This document shows, piece after piece, positions 41,613-51,760 of a stretch of DNA of 64,000 nucleotides. The stretch comes from Candidatus Poribacteria bacterium (GTDB lineage Bacteria > Poribacteria > WGA-4E > WGA-3G), in contig CAXXUA010000007.1 of assembly GCA_963663765.2 (NCBI GenBank), positions 1 to 64,000 of the forward strand, given 5' to 3'. The translations under genes were made by a program, and so were the position numbers. How positions within the stretch are numbered: the stretch's first letter is position 1; every line of letters begins with the position of its first letter. The notes under the pieces were generated by a model. The model had not been told where the DNA came from, ran no database searches, and worked only from the letters and a program-made list of their open reading frames with translations.

Positions 41613-43697
41613 TTAATCAATTCGTCTTCGTTGATAAAGGAACCATTCAACCACTGTTAGAATAACGGCAAAAAACACTAAATAAATCCAAGGCGGATAA
41701 CGGAATAACGAACTCCCACTTAGTATTTCTGCATCTGTTATAAGGTCTTCAATTTCTTCTACAATATCAATATGAGATTCTGTTTCACTTGCGAGATTAA
41801 CTGCCCATACCTGTTCTGGTTCTTCGGTTTCTGCTTCATCAGTAGTGGGTTCATCAGGTTTTTCTGTATTCGGTTTGTCAGTTATATCCGTTGTTGCTTG
41901 TTCTGAAATAGACAGTGCGTAAAATCCTGCTCTTTGTGTGTTATCAAAGATCATCTCGTCATTCTCAATTGGTATGTCCCACGTTTCTTCTCCTGGACCT
42001 GTTATCTTTACAGTTTCCTGTGTATTTTCAACTGTGGTTTCAGTTTCTTGTTCTGTTTCGGTATCTTGTGTAATCTGTGGCTCAACTTTATAGCGAAGCA
42101 CTTCACCCGTGTGTAAATGATATTCCTCCATACCTTGTTTCTGTTGAAACCATTGAATCGTATTTGCCATTATGACAGGGAATGCGATTCTTAGCGGTAA
42201 GTCAGATTCCAAGATATTGATTGCTGCAAAAACAATTTTTCTATTTGGTGTTACATCCACAAAAATGACTGGTGAGTCAAAAGAACGTGCTAAGACTTGT
42301 GCGGTAGATGGAGGTGTAATATGATATGCCTCTCCGATGAGTACATTCTCCAAATGAACGTGTCGCAGGACGGGATGTGTGCGTTCCCAGTCTGTGATAA
42401 TTGGGGTATCAAGTGGGTTCCCTATATTCCAGACTATTTCGGGTTTTACAGCATTTTCTTCAGGCGTCTCATTGTTTTTTGGAGGATAGATGAACATGTA
42501 ATTTCCATCATCAAGCGTGTTTGGACTGTAGCGATCAAAAATCACGACTTCAGCTGTCAGTGCGGAAGATTCATATTCCTCAGGAGTTGTAATGGTAAGG
42601 TCTAATTTTTCATCAACGGAAAGTGCTTTTTCAAGAAACGGATTTTCGTTTGTCACCAGTAGCGCAGAGATTAGTTCACGTTTTGGTAGCGTTGCATAAG
42701 CCACATTATCAGTGATGAGTATGTCTTGAATGTCTAATACAGCTTTTAGTTCGCCGCCTTCAAATGCAAAATTACTGAAGATTTCTGATTTCTTTTCTCC
42801 GGGTGCGAGCGTGTAAGGTCGGACATCAAAAAGATTATCGTTGAAATAGAGTTCAACACTACACTGTTTTTCTTCATCAGATGCGTTTACGACGGTGAGC
42901 AAAGTTTCGTAATCGAATGCGTTTACGATGCTTTTTCGGACGCGAAATTGCGTAATGCCGACGTTATCACTTTTTTCACCTATCCTGATAAGATGCAATT
43001 TTATCTTTTTTTGCTCTTGTTGGTCTTCTTCTGTAGTTTCATTCTCGGTGAGTGTATCTTGGAACTGTGTGATTAATTGTTCTTGTACTGAGTGAAAGTC
43101 ACTCATCACAATAATTTCTGGGTTAGGTTTTGTTTCTGCCACAGAATAAGCTAAATCCACAGCGGGTTTTATATCTGTTTTTATATCAGTAGGTTTGATA
43201 GATTCAATTGCTTCTCTTAGAGTTTTTTGATGGTTGGTAAAAGGGGTATGGATTACAGGAAGTGTATGACAACTAATGATTGTCATCTCGTCCATGAAAC
43301 GAAGTTGTTGGACTATCTGTAATGCTTGTTCTTTTGCAGAGTCTAAACGTGTTTCTGAAGTAGGATTCTCAGGTTCAAGTTCCAAAACAGCATTCATACT
43401 TGCTGAATGATCAACGATGAGTATGAGTTGTCTTGCCGACTTTGTCATGAATGCGAATTGTGGACGTGCAACTGCTAAGACTAAAAGTAACAGGAATAGT
43501 AATTGAAGCAATAACGACAATAAATGCTTAAGTCTTTGAAAGAGTGATGTCGTCTGTCTTTCTTTGAATAACTGTTCCCAAAACATCAAAGTAGAGACAG
43601 GTTCACGTCGTCTGCGCAGTTTTAGGATGTACAGCGCGATGATAGGTGCAGCAAGAGCAAATAGGAAAAGCGATGTGGGAGCAAGAAAATTCATCAA
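41613..43697 (-). CDS. BatA-like N-terminal anchor plus VWA domain protein
   Basis: APIIALYILK...STLMFW, LAVARP, VDHSASM; C-terminal TM. Confidence 0.85.
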   Translation of the reverse strand: MMNFLAPTSLFLFALAAPIIALYILKLRRRREPVSTLMFWEQLFKERQTTSLFQRLKHLLSLLLQLLFLLLLVLAVARPQFAFMTKSARQLILIVDHSASMNAVLELEPENPTSETRLDSAKEQALQIVQQLRFMDEMTIISCHTLPVIHTPFTNHQKTLREAIESIKPTDIKTDIKPAVDLAYSVAETKPNPEIIVMSDFHSVQEQLITQFQDTLTENETTEEDQQEQKKIKLHLIRIGEKSDNVGITQFRVRKSIVNAFDYETLLTVVNASDEEKQCSVELYFNDNLFDVRPYTLAPGEKKSEIFSNFAFEGGELKAVLDIQDILITDNVAYATLPKRELISALLVTNENPFLEKALSVDEKLDLTITTPEEYESSALTAEVVIFDRYSPNTLDDGNYMFIYPPKNNETPEENAVKPEIVWNIGNPLDTPIITDWERTHPVLRHVHLENVLIGEAYHITPPSTAQVLARSFDSPVIFVDVTPNRKIVFAAINILESDLPLRIAFPVIMANTIQWFQQKQGMEEYHLHTGEVLRYKVEPQITQDTETEQETETTVENTQETVKITGPGEETWDIPIENDEMIFDNTQRAGFYALSISEQATTDITDKPNTEKPDEPTTDEAETEEPEQVWAVNLASETESHIDIVEEIEDLITDAEILSGSSLFRYPPWIYLVFFAVILTVVEWFLYQRRRID

Positions 43698-43738
43698 TAT
43701 ATAATTTGCACTGGTAAGTGAATATTATGTGAAATCAA

Positions 43739-44629
43739 CTATGAAACAAAACCACCCATACGGAAAATTCTCAGGATCAGTTCTTCAAAAGGTGTTTTTG
43801 TCATTGTTCGTACGATGCTAATCTCACGTTGTGTGCAGTATCTGTCAATGTCATCACAGTATTTTTGGAAAAGAGCTTGGTAACGTTTTATGTGATTTTC
43901 ATTGATAGTAACAGGACGGAGTTGATTAGTTTCGACATCAACAAGGTGATAATCTCCAAGAAGATTGGGTTCTGCTTCCTTTTCATCAATAATATGTACG
44001 ACAAAAAGATCATGCTTTTGAAATTTCAACATATTGAGTCCAGCAGTAAACCCCTTTGGATCGAATAGATCGGATATAACGACGACCAACCCTCTGCGTT
44101 TTGTAAAATGCACGAAATTACGGAAAGCGTGTTCAAGATCTGTTTCCCCTGTGCAATTGATCTGATCAAGGAAATTGAGAACGGTAAAGATTTTTCCTTT
44201 TCCACGTTCTGTTGGTAACCGAGTTGTGTCGGTGGTGTTAAATGCGGTAATCCCGATTCGGTCGAGATTTGAGAGTCCGATGTATGCAAGGGCAGCTGCG
44301 ACGCGTTTGGCGTAAGTCAGTTTTGGCAGCTCACCGTAGGTCATGGATTGGCTGACATCTACGAGGAAATAGATGTGTAAGTCCTCGCGTTCCTCATATA
44401 GTTTTAACAGGAGTTCGTCTAACCGTGCAAAAGCGTTCCAATCAATATAGCGGAAATCATCACCTGGTGTATAGTTGCGATAGTCTGCAAACTCAACACT
44501 TACACCCCGACGTGTGCTGCGGCGTTCAGCTTTGATCCGACCTGAAAATATTTTTTTTGAGACAATATAAAGGTATTCAAGCTTTTTTAAGAAATCACTG
44601 TCAAATGCGGATTCTGTTTCGTTATTCAT
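43739..44629 (-). CDS. DUF58 family protein
   Basis: SVEFADYRNYTPGDDFRYIDWN, DVSQSM, VVISD. Confidence 0.92.
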   Translation of the reverse strand: MNNETESAFDSDFLKKLEYLYIVSKKIFSGRIKAERRSTRRGVSVEFADYRNYTPGDDFRYIDWNAFARLDELLLKLYEEREDLHIYFLVDVSQSMTYGELPKLTYAKRVAAALAYIGLSNLDRIGITAFNTTDTTRLPTERGKGKIFTVLNFLDQINCTGETDLEHAFRNFVHFTKRRGLVVVISDLFDPKGFTAGLNMLKFQKHDLFVVHIIDEKEAEPNLLGDYHLVDVETNQLRPVTINENHIKRYQALFQKYCDDIDRYCTQREISIVRTMTKTPFEELILRIFRMGGFVS

Positions 44630-44713
44630 ATTAAAACCTTGTGTATTATGGGAATCAATAGGCAACAAATATTACGGGTTACTCACTACGCGAAAAGAAT
44701 CAGACAGGAAGTA

Positions 44714-45697
44714 TTATTCAACGACATCTAACAGATGGTGAATGATACCGTCGGGGTCAATTCCTTCTGCTTCGCCTTCAAAACTCAGGATGAGTCTGTG
44801 ACGTAGACTGGGTAAAGCCACAGTTTGTATGTCTTCACGAGCGACGTTATATCTACCGTCGAGAATGGCACGAACCTTACTTGCCAAAATTAATGCTTGT
44901 GCACCGCGTGGACTTGAACCATAACGTACATACTGTTTTGTCATTTCTGGTGCGTCATCAGCTTCTGGGTGTGTTCCTAAAACCAGACGTAATGCGTATC
45001 TACGTATATCTTCTGCTATGAGAATGTCGCGTACAATCAATTCCAAATCATTTATTTGCTGACCATGACTGACTTTTCCAACCGCAGGCATTTCACGTTT
45101 TGTGGTGCGTTCCATGACAAGGTCAAGTTCATCAAGTGTTGGGTATTCAACTTTTAGTTTGAAAAAGAATCGGTCCAGTTGTGCTTCAGGTAAGGGATAT
45201 GTGCCTTCCATTTCTAATGGGTTCTGTGTAGCCATTACAAAGAAGGGCAAATCCAATTTGCGATGCTGTCCTGCGACAGTAACAGATTTTTCTTGCATTG
45301 CTTCTAACAGTGCTGATTGTGTTTTGGGTGTTGCACGGTTTATCTCATCAGCAAGGACAAGATTTGCAAAGATAGGTCCAGGTTGGAATTCAAAGAACTT
45401 TTGCCCAGTTTCATCTTCTGCTACAATAGTCGTCCCCACAATATCTGCAGGCATTAGGTCGGGTGTAAACTGAATTCGTTGAAATTCAAGGTCAAGGACT
45501 TCTTTGAGAGTGCTGATGAGTAGTGTTTTACCTAAGCCAGGAACTCCTTCTAAGAGTGCATGTCCACCTGTCATAAGGCATATTAGAACACCTTCAATAA
45601 TTTCCTTTTGACCGACGATTCGCTTAGATACCTCTTCATGTATCTTCAAGAAGGTCTCACGGAATTCTTCATGTTTTTGTTCAATTTGTTCGGACAT
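44714..45697 (-). CDS. moxR: MoxR-family AAA+ ATPase
   Basis: GVPGLGKT, RIQFTPDLMPAD, LADEINRATPKTQSALLEAM, EGTYPLPEAQLDRF. Confidence 0.95.
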   Translation of the reverse strand: MSEQIEQKHEEFRETFLKIHEEVSKRIVGQKEIIEGVLICLMTGGHALLEGVPGLGKTLLISTLKEVLDLEFQRIQFTPDLMPADIVGTTIVAEDETGQKFFEFQPGPIFANLVLADEINRATPKTQSALLEAMQEKSVTVAGQHRKLDLPFFVMATQNPLEMEGTYPLPEAQLDRFFFKLKVEYPTLDELDLVMERTTKREMPAVGKVSHGQQINDLELIVRDILIAEDIRRYALRLVLGTHPEADDAPEMTKQYVRYGSSPRGAQALILASKVRAILDGRYNVAREDIQTVALPSLRHRLILSFEGEAEGIDPDGIIHHLLDVVE

Positions 45698-45730
45698 AAT
45701 TCTCCCTACAGGTAGTAGTGATTCTACGTT

Positions 45731-45767
45731 AAATCACCGCAAAGATAGGGTATCTCTGCGGTGATTT
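45731..45767. terminator. Intergenic stem-loop (terminator or mRNA stabiliser)
   Basis: AAATCACCGCAAAGATA-GGG-TATCTCTGCGGTGATTT. Confidence 0.5.
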
Positions 45768-45785
45768 TGGTCAGGTACTCAGTTC

Positions 45786-47270
45786 CTACTCATCAGTCGG
45801 TTTAATTGATTCAAAGTAGCGTTTCACGTAGAACTTATATCCGAGTGGGATCTGTTCTTCTGTGAGAGCATCTTCAGAAAGTTTCTGATACTTCATATAT
45901 GCATCTTTATAACTGAGTGAAGACTCTTGTCCTTCAGCGGATGCTTTTTCGGTTTGAACAGTAGAACTTCCTTCACCTTGAACACCTTTGATATGTTCAA
46001 GATTTAGGGTAGAATCAAGAGAGGTTAGTTTACCAAGTTGTGATTCAGTAGTTTTATTGCCTGCACTATTACTGGGTTGATTTGACAACAGATTTGTTAG
46101 ACCTGTAGCGGGATTTACACCTTTACCTGCGCAACATGCTGCGATACATGCTTTGCATTCCTCACATGCACACAACAAGTCTGTCAACTTTTGATTACGG
46201 TTTTTGAGAAGATCAAAATCGCGTAGGCTTTTGCTGACTTGACTTAATTTCTGCTGTGTACCCTCTGAATCGTTACCTTCCATTGCTTCACCAGCACCGG
46301 CAAGTTGTCCTCCGAGGCCTTCAAGGTCGGTATCTTTCACTGTTTTTCCAGCGCGTTTGAGTTCATCAGATAGGTTTTGCTTTTTTTCCTGCTCAAACTT
46401 AGGGACATCTTTTGCGACTTTATCAAGTTTTTCAGCTGCTTTATCGTAATCTCCACGTTTAAGCTGCTGTCCGAAATCGTTGAGTATAGGATTACCGATG
46501 AATTCCTGTCCGAGTCCTTTCATAAGTTCTTCTTGCTGTGCCATCTTAAGTGGATCAACTTTTGTTTTTAGCAAAGCTGCTAATTCGGTCATTCTCTTAA
46601 GAGCGTCCTTAGGAAGGATCTCGGGTTTTTTCAATTCTTGGGTTCTTTTTTCAATTTCTTCCAAGATTTCTTTGAGTTCTTGGTCTTCAGTCTGTTCAGC
46701 TTCTTTTTTTGCTTCTTCAATAGTCTTCAATAAAGTGTCTGCTTCCGCTGCGATTTGCGGCGAATAGTCAATTTCAGAAGTAGCTTGCGGTGTAAAAAAC
46801 TCAACAAACGAGAAAGCCACGAGAAATACTGCTACAAGTGCAAAGTATTTTGTTTCGCGTGGGACAACATATCGTGCAACTTTTTTGATTGATATGCTCT
46901 GTAACCAATTTGCTGTATCTTGAAGCTGCAACGCAGTTAAGGATTCATTTGTTTTTCGTTCAATCTGTTCTAAACCACTAATAACACGATCTTTAAGTGA
47001 TGCGTCAACATCAATTGCATGTGCTGCTTGGTGGAGATCAATCGGACGAATGAGTCGGTAGACAAAAGCAATAACGCAGATTCCGCCTGCGACACCGAGG
47101 AACACCAGAGGTGAAATATTAAAAGAGGTCATAACACTATCAACAATAACTACCGGGACACATATCAATAGTCCGTATAGGAGAAACATCGCAAGTGTTT
47201 GTAAATAACTTTGAACGTTTAAACGTCGACGCACTTGTTGAATTTTTTCAAGAATCAATTTTTCCTGCAT
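45786..47270 (-). CDS. Membrane-anchored coiled-coil protein of the MoxR operon
   Basis: N-terminal TMs, E/Q/K-rich coil, Cys-rich patch, C-terminal IPLGYKFYVKRYF. Confidence 0.8.
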   Translation of the reverse strand: MQEKLILEKIQQVRRRLNVQSYLQTLAMFLLYGLLICVPVVIVDSVMTSFNISPLVFLGVAGGICVIAFVYRLIRPIDLHQAAHAIDVDASLKDRVISGLEQIERKTNESLTALQLQDTANWLQSISIKKVARYVVPRETKYFALVAVFLVAFSFVEFFTPQATSEIDYSPQIAAEADTLLKTIEEAKKEAEQTEDQELKEILEEIEKRTQELKKPEILPKDALKRMTELAALLKTKVDPLKMAQQEELMKGLGQEFIGNPILNDFGQQLKRGDYDKAAEKLDKVAKDVPKFEQEKKQNLSDELKRAGKTVKDTDLEGLGGQLAGAGEAMEGNDSEGTQQKLSQVSKSLRDFDLLKNRNQKLTDLLCACEECKACIAACCAGKGVNPATGLTNLLSNQPSNSAGNKTTESQLGKLTSLDSTLNLEHIKGVQGEGSSTVQTEKASAEGQESSLSYKDAYMKYQKLSEDALTEEQIPLGYKFYVKRYFESIKPTDE

Positions 47271-47483
47271 TAAGAAAACCTCCTGTAAGACACAGTTAGT
47301 TTAAAACAGTTTTTCTTTACGGTTTTGTTAACTATGCTAGTGAGACGTTGCTGATCATGTAAATTGGAGTAATCATCAAATAAGGGTAATTTCTGAGTTT
47401 TTAACATTGTATTACATTAATAACCTTCATGTCAAGCATAAAATCAATATTTTTTCACATTTTTTCATATTTTCGTTGAATTC

Positions 47484-49568
47484 TCATTTATTTTTGAGTT
47501 TTTCCCAGTCCCACATGATGACTGTGCCATCGTTTGAGGTACTTGCGAGTATTTTTCCATCGTGAGAAAACTGTAGTTTTTCAACTTTGTTTGAATGTCC
47601 TGAATAGGTAGTGATTGTCTTTGCAGTTTGTACATCCCACAATCTAATTCCGTTAATGATTTCAGATGCCCATCCAAAGCGACCTTGTATATTTCTTCGC
47701 TCTTCAATTCCTCCGAGCAGCGTTTTCCCATCTGGTGAGAATGTTAATGCAAATATTTTTTCATCATATTCTAATTTAATCAAATGTTCTGTAAGAATTG
47801 TGCTGGGTGGTTTTCCGGTGTTAAGATTCCATAGATGTATTTCCCTACGAGTACCAATAGCAAGAATGGAATTATCGGGAGAAAATGCAAGGGTTTCGGC
47901 ATCATCCGTTGTAAGTTTTGAATGAATCTTAGCTTTTTTTACATCCCATATAAACGTTTCACGGTAACTTCCATCAGTTGCAAGGAAATTGCTATCAGAG
48001 GAAAACGCAATGACGGTATCTTGTGTCTTAAATTTAAAGAGTTCAGTTGCACTGTTAGTATCCCAAACGACAGAATCACCTAAGGTTTTTGCAAATACGA
48101 GAAGTCTGCTATCAGGTGAATATAGGAATTCTCTTCCACCAAATATGTGTTCTAATTGTGGTAGTTCAGTATCAGTATTCAGGTTCCAAAATCGAATAGT
48201 ATTAGTGCCTTGTGAGGCTTTTCTACCAATACTGTTACCGTTTGCAGATGTAGCAATTCTGGCGTTTAGTCTTCCATATACAGCAAAACGTGAAGCATCT
48301 GGTGAAATTGCCATTGCATCAGTGAGTGCGATCGGTGCTGCATCAAAAGTTTTTATTTTTTCTCTGGAATTAATATCCCAGGTTTGGACTTTACCGTTAA
48401 ATGTACTGGTCACAATTTTTGTGTTATCTGGTGTGAATGCAACTGATTTTGATCCCATCACATGATCGGTAGCAAAAACAGACAATTCTTTTGCAGTATT
48501 TATGTCCCAGAAACGTATTGTGCCGTCTAAACTACCACTTGCGAGTATTTTTCCATCAGGTGCAAAAGTCAGTGCTGTTACTGTATGTGTGTGACCGTTG
48601 AGAGTACCGTGTTTGTCACCTGTTTTTACATTCCACAAGTGAATATTTTTTCTTGCGTCACCACTGGCAAGAATCGTATTATCTTTATTGAATACAAGGG
48701 CTGTGATCCAAACAGTTTGTGCTTTGAGAGATAATTTTTGGGTATGTGCTTTTTCGGTCCATAGCCTAATATTTCCTTCGTAATCTCCTGTGGCTATGGT
48801 CTCACCGTCCTTAGAAAATTGAATACTAATCATTGAATGCCGTCTAACACGATTTCTCATATCTCCTGATCTTGAAAATTTTGAGAGAAAATTACTTGTT
48901 TTCCTACCGAGTAGAACACCTGGATTACGTGCTTCCGGAAATAGTAGATTTACTTTCCCCTCTTGAGAAACACCAGCAAAAATGTTTTTTTCCACGTTGT
49001 ATGTCAAAGGAAGCCCAAAACCTGTGATGGAATCTCTTGACAACACTCTGGAAGTTTTAACATTCCATCGTTTTATTACATTCTCTGTTGACATGATTGT
49101 AAACAGACCAAAAAGCTCTTTTCCATCCTTTGAGAAAGCCAATACATTCGCATTAACATTCACTTCTCCACTAAGAGATAGTCTTTTTTTGCCAGTATTC
49201 AGATCCCACAGAATTACTTTCCTACTATTGCAGCCACTACTTGCAAGTGTATTTTGGTCAGGAGAAAGTGCAAAGTTGTCAACACCACCGGGATGAGGTG
49301 TAAGCAAATGTTTTACGTTTCCTGTGTTGACTTCGTAAATCCACACTCCGATATCCGATCCTACTGCAAGGAGAGAACCATTGTCCAAAAATTGCAATTT
49401 GGTTATTTTTCCTTTACCCAATCTTGCAATTGCACCTTCAGGTAGGTTAACTTGGGTTTCTGACTGAGCAGAGATCGGAGTAACAAAAATGGTTAAGTAA
49501 AGAAAGACGACAAAAAATAGTCGTAAAATGTTAATTTGGAAATAGTTTATATTGCGCATATCTAACAT
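47484..49568 (-). CDS. Secreted WD40-repeat protein
   Basis: Signal peptide, LPEGAIARLGKG, GH...FSPDG...WD repeats. Confidence 0.9.
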   Translation of the reverse strand: MLDMRNINYFQINILRLFFVVFLYLTIFVTPISAQSETQVNLPEGAIARLGKGKITKLQFLDNGSLLAVGSDIGVWIYEVNTGNVKHLLTPHPGGVDNFALSPDQNTLASSGCNSRKVILWDLNTGKKRLSLSGEVNVNANVLAFSKDGKELFGLFTIMSTENVIKRWNVKTSRVLSRDSITGFGLPLTYNVEKNIFAGVSQEGKVNLLFPEARNPGVLLGRKTSNFLSKFSRSGDMRNRVRRHSMISIQFSKDGETIATGDYEGNIRLWTEKAHTQKLSLKAQTVWITALVFNKDNTILASGDARKNIHLWNVKTGDKHGTLNGHTHTVTALTFAPDGKILASGSLDGTIRFWDINTAKELSVFATDHVMGSKSVAFTPDNTKIVTSTFNGKVQTWDINSREKIKTFDAAPIALTDAMAISPDASRFAVYGRLNARIATSANGNSIGRKASQGTNTIRFWNLNTDTELPQLEHIFGGREFLYSPDSRLLVFAKTLGDSVVWDTNSATELFKFKTQDTVIAFSSDSNFLATDGSYRETFIWDVKKAKIHSKLTTDDAETLAFSPDNSILAIGTRREIHLWNLNTGKPPSTILTEHLIKLEYDEKIFALTFSPDGKTLLGGIEERRNIQGRFGWASEIINGIRLWDVQTAKTITTYSGHSNKVEKLQFSHDGKILASTSNDGTVIMWDWEKLKNK

Positions 49569-49684
49569 TGAGTGTATATGTATAAGTGTGGAAATCTGAA
49601 TTATCAGGTATTATTTTGAAAAGGTATTCAATCCTGTGATTATAATTGTAATCTAATTTCATATTGATGTCAATGTATTTTACA

Positions 49685-50156
49685 GGGTGTGTAAAGTTTT
49701 TGCACAAACATCCCACTCTCCATTGTAGGGCGAAATCAACGGTATGAATGCCATTTAGGCATTCCCCGGGTCTCTGTGCCCCCCCGCAACTGATTAAATG
49801 AGAGATTGCGGACACAGAGTCCTAATGAGTTTTGACGTTCAAGTTGTGTATTCGTAGGTGCGCGGTTTCCACACATGATCTACGCAAACTCAAAAACCAA
49901 AGGGGTTGGGGAACCCAAACCCTACGAATTCAACTACCAATTTTGATTGTCAAACTTCATTAGGTGTCAATATAAAGAAATATTGTTAATATTAACCATA
50001 TTCTTCAGTCCCGTAGGGACGATTTGTTTATCCTTCTATGTCGTTCCTACAGAACTAAAGAGAGAGGATGTGATAACGTCTTTCTATAAACATTGCGTCC
50101 CTACGGGACTAAAGAGAACAAAAGCTAGTACCTCTGTGCAAAAACTTTGCACACCC
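49685..50156. mobile_element. ISKra4-type MITE (472 bp) packed with REP-like palindromes
   Basis: 22-bp TIR GGGTGTGTAAAGTTTTTGCACA (1 mismatch); 9-bp TSD TATTTTACA (49676-49684, 50157-50165). Confidence 0.9.
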
Positions 50157-50294
50157 TATTTTACACAGGGTCATTTAGTTTTAAGAGTTTTTCGTTATTA
50201 GACATTAATAATGTGTTCTGCATGCAGTTTAGCACATAATGGGTAGAACTGCAACATTTGCGAATTGCTGCATTGTTGAGTGGAATTAAAATTC

Positions 50295-50331
50295 TAATAG
50301 CGTTTGATAATTACACTATCAAACGCTATTA
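50295..50331. repeat. 15-bp perfect inverted repeat
   Basis: TAATAGCGTTTGATA-7nt-TATCAAACGCTATTA. Confidence 0.6.
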
Positions 50332-50419
50332 TTGCACGGAATAGGCAAATATTAAAGTGAAATCAAGGTGAAGGGAAAATCAGGAGAGTTATTTTATAAA
50401 CTTATTAGTGGAGATTTAG

Positions 50420-51090
50420 GTGCTACAAGAGGTGTGTTTTTCGCAACTAATCGATTCAATAAAAATGGTCCGGGGTGTGTAATATTCAAAGATGCGTATA
50501 GGTGTCAATTCCCTTCAAACGGGAAGGACTTTCCGAATCTTCTTGTTCACGATTGGCTGTTAGTGTTTGAAACTGTAGGTATCTAGGTTCCAGAGATCGC
50601 ATTTGAGGCAAACATCTAAAGCATTCGTGAGTGGTATTTCAGCGTATAGGTAATACTCTTGCACTTTTGTTTTTTGTGCTGTGGTGGGTAATGGTTCGTG
50701 TAGATATATCGAGAGGTGTGTATCTTGTCCGCGGACCCATTCTGTGGCGTTATCATATCACTAGAGTTTGAAACTTGTCGCCAACGCGAACCGTCGTTTG
50801 TAGACCAGCGTTGATATATTGACATCACCGGTATCAGGATCAGATGGATAACTATTCCCATCAAAATAGGAAGCACCGAGCCATACCCGTTTGCCGAAAA
50901 CAGGTAGTGTGCCGTTGATATGAGCGAAAAGTGGCGGACTGTTATTCTGTATCGGTACAAGGGGACCGCCACTTTTCAGGTATGCTGCCAGCATGCCTGG
51001 GATAAGAACGGGCAGTGATTTCAATGAAATTACTAAATCCGTTTTGTCCGCTTCCATCTGTTCAATGCGTGTGAAAGTTGCACGGTTCAT
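50420..51090 (-). pseudogene. Possible decayed gene of unknown family
   Basis: 109-aa ORF continues in frame as protein-like text after scattered stops. Confidence 0.3.
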
Positions 51091-51295
51091 GCCGTTATGT
51101 AAAAAAGCTCTGCGGTAAGGGTTTGGTGAATTGTCCCTTTTCTTTGAAAAATGACAGATGTTACACCCGCCTGTCCGTTTGTATTGTGCCTTGAACGTTT
51201 TCTAGAACGCTGGCAAAGTTAATGTGGATTAATCTACGATCAAGGTACAAGAAAGCACCATTGCACAATAGCACAAAAATTTACGCATCATAAAC

Positions 51296-51760
51296 TCATT
51301 TTCGATCCTTGTTTCTGTTTGCAGTGTGGACAATGCTACGAATTTTCATAACACATGCGATAAACACAAAGAAAGCGAACCAACCGATGAGCAATGCCCA
51401 TGGTCGTTGCAGTGCCAATCCTCTTGTTGTATGTAAGAAGTAAGCAGCATAGGCAAGCACACAACAAAAGAATAGCAATATAACGGCTTGTAACGTTTTT
51501 TGGACAATGAGAATCGGTATCGGCAGCGTCTCCACTTCATCCTGCCTCGTTTTGCCAAGCACAAGTCCCAATGTGAGTGTTGTCAACCAACCTAAGAGTA
51601 AACCTTTCGGTCGATTCTGTAGTTCGTGCGCTGCTTCTCTGGTCGCTATAAAGTAGATCGTTCCAATAAAGAGTGCGAGTGCGATAAGGAAAACGATCGC
51701 TAAGAGTATCGTTTCTCTCACCACCCGCCGCAGCACAATTCTATTGTTGTTATCCTGCAT
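51296..51760 (-). CDS. Small 4-TM membrane protein at the end of the RND operon
   Basis: Start overlaps the permease 3' end, GGGAG RBS; internal repeat LQNRPKGLLLGW / LQRPWALLIGW. Confidence 0.7.
   Translation of the reverse strand: MQDNNNRIVLRRVVRETILLAIVFLIALALFIGTIYFIATREAAHELQNRPKGLLLGWLTTLTLGLVLGKTRQDEVETLPIPILIVQKTLQAVILLFFCCVLAYAAYFLHTTRGLALQRPWALLIGWFAFFVFIACVMKIRSIVHTANRNKDRK

Noticed and set aside
37474-47270. MoxR-DUF58-VWA cluster as a new system
   Set aside because: Well-known widespread operon type
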